Of a stretch of DNA of 64,000 bases, positions 63,623-64,000 are shown in pieces (position 1 is the first letter of the stretch; each line of letters opens with the position of its first letter). This stretch comes from an uncultured Alphaproteobacteria bacterium. GTDB lineage: Bacteria; Pseudomonadota; Alphaproteobacteria; Geminicoccales; Geminicoccaceae. The stretch is taken from the NCBI GenBank assembly GCA_963769465.1, contig CAVYMA010000019.1, positions 50,644 through 114,643 of the forward strand. The letters run 5' to 3'. The notes below the pieces were generated by a model, which did not search any database, was not told where the DNA came from, and was given only the letters and a program-made list of their open reading frames with translations. The translations under genes and the position numbers were made by a program.

Positions 63623-64000
63623 CGGCGGCTCTCGTGCCAGAGCTGCACCGCCTGGGCGCGGCTGCGGACCTCCAGCTTGTCGAACAGGTTGCGCAGGTGG
63701 AATTTCACCGTGTTGACCGATACGCCGAGATTGCGCGCGAGCTCGGCGTTGGTCCGGCCGCTGCCCAGTTCGGCCAGGAGCTCGCGCTCGCGCGGGCTCA
63801 GCGTCTCCAGCGGGTCGTCGTTGATGCCGCTGACGTCGAGGAACGGGAACACCATCTTGCCGCGGGCCACCGCCTCCACGGCGTCGAGCAGCCGCTCCGG
63901 CGGCTCGCGCTTGGACACGAAGGCTGCCGCCCCCAGGGCCATGGCGCGCCGCGGCAGGCCCGGGTCGGGATCGCCCGTGTAGACCACGATGCGCGGGCTG
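63619..64000 (-). CDS. NarL/LuxR family response regulator (5' end outside the window)
   Basis: GA.AFVSK...LSPRERELL...G.TN.E.A..L.VSVNTVKFHLRNLFDKL. Confidence 0.9.
   Translation of the reverse strand, partial: SPRIVVYTGDPDPGLPRRAMALGAAAFVSKREPPERLLDAVEAVARGKMVFPFLDVSGINDDPLETLSPRERELLAELGSGRTNAELARNLGVSVNTVKFHLRNLFDKLEVRSRAQAVQLWHESRR

Overview
Very GC-rich alphaproteobacterial chromosome segment; the gene content suggests a Rhodospirillales/Geminicoccales-type organism, which is an inference. Many core genes carry single-base frameshifts, most likely long-read consensus errors. Content in order: orphan MalK/UgpC ATPase, dnaJ-dnaK, glmM, acetylpolyamine amidohydrolase, an ELWxxDGT-repeat protein, MFS, LpxL-type acyltransferase, DUF1028 fused to a flavin oxidoreductase remnant, fixGHIS, flagellar fliX/flgI-flgJ-flgN-flgK-flgL-fliW with CtrA-like boxes, degQ, a TPP riboswitch-controlled thiamine salvage operon, mlaC-like, ghrB-like, eipB, a tandem OmpA-like protein, rpmG-MFS-rnr-topA-dprA, phasin, uppP, gluQ, esterases, a DJ-1/GlxA pair, SDR-rpoE-chrR, an Xre-RES toxin-antitoxin pair, a pseudo-receiver/membrane fusion, ilvA-argC, ndh, a peroxiredoxin-like gene, LysR, 5'-truncated bdhA plus patatin, a BciB-like vinyl reductase, and rpe-prk-LuxR at the edge. 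No rRNA, tRNA, CRISPR, IS or prophage was seen. No single clearly new multi-gene system is proven. The best leads are the class II PRK + rpe + BciB block, the pseudo-receiver/DUF6127-like fusion beside the TA pair, the Cys-less ChrR, the CtrA-boxed tandem OmpA protein and the repeat protein with a possible type I secretion signal. All family assignments come from recognising motifs by eye, with no database search.
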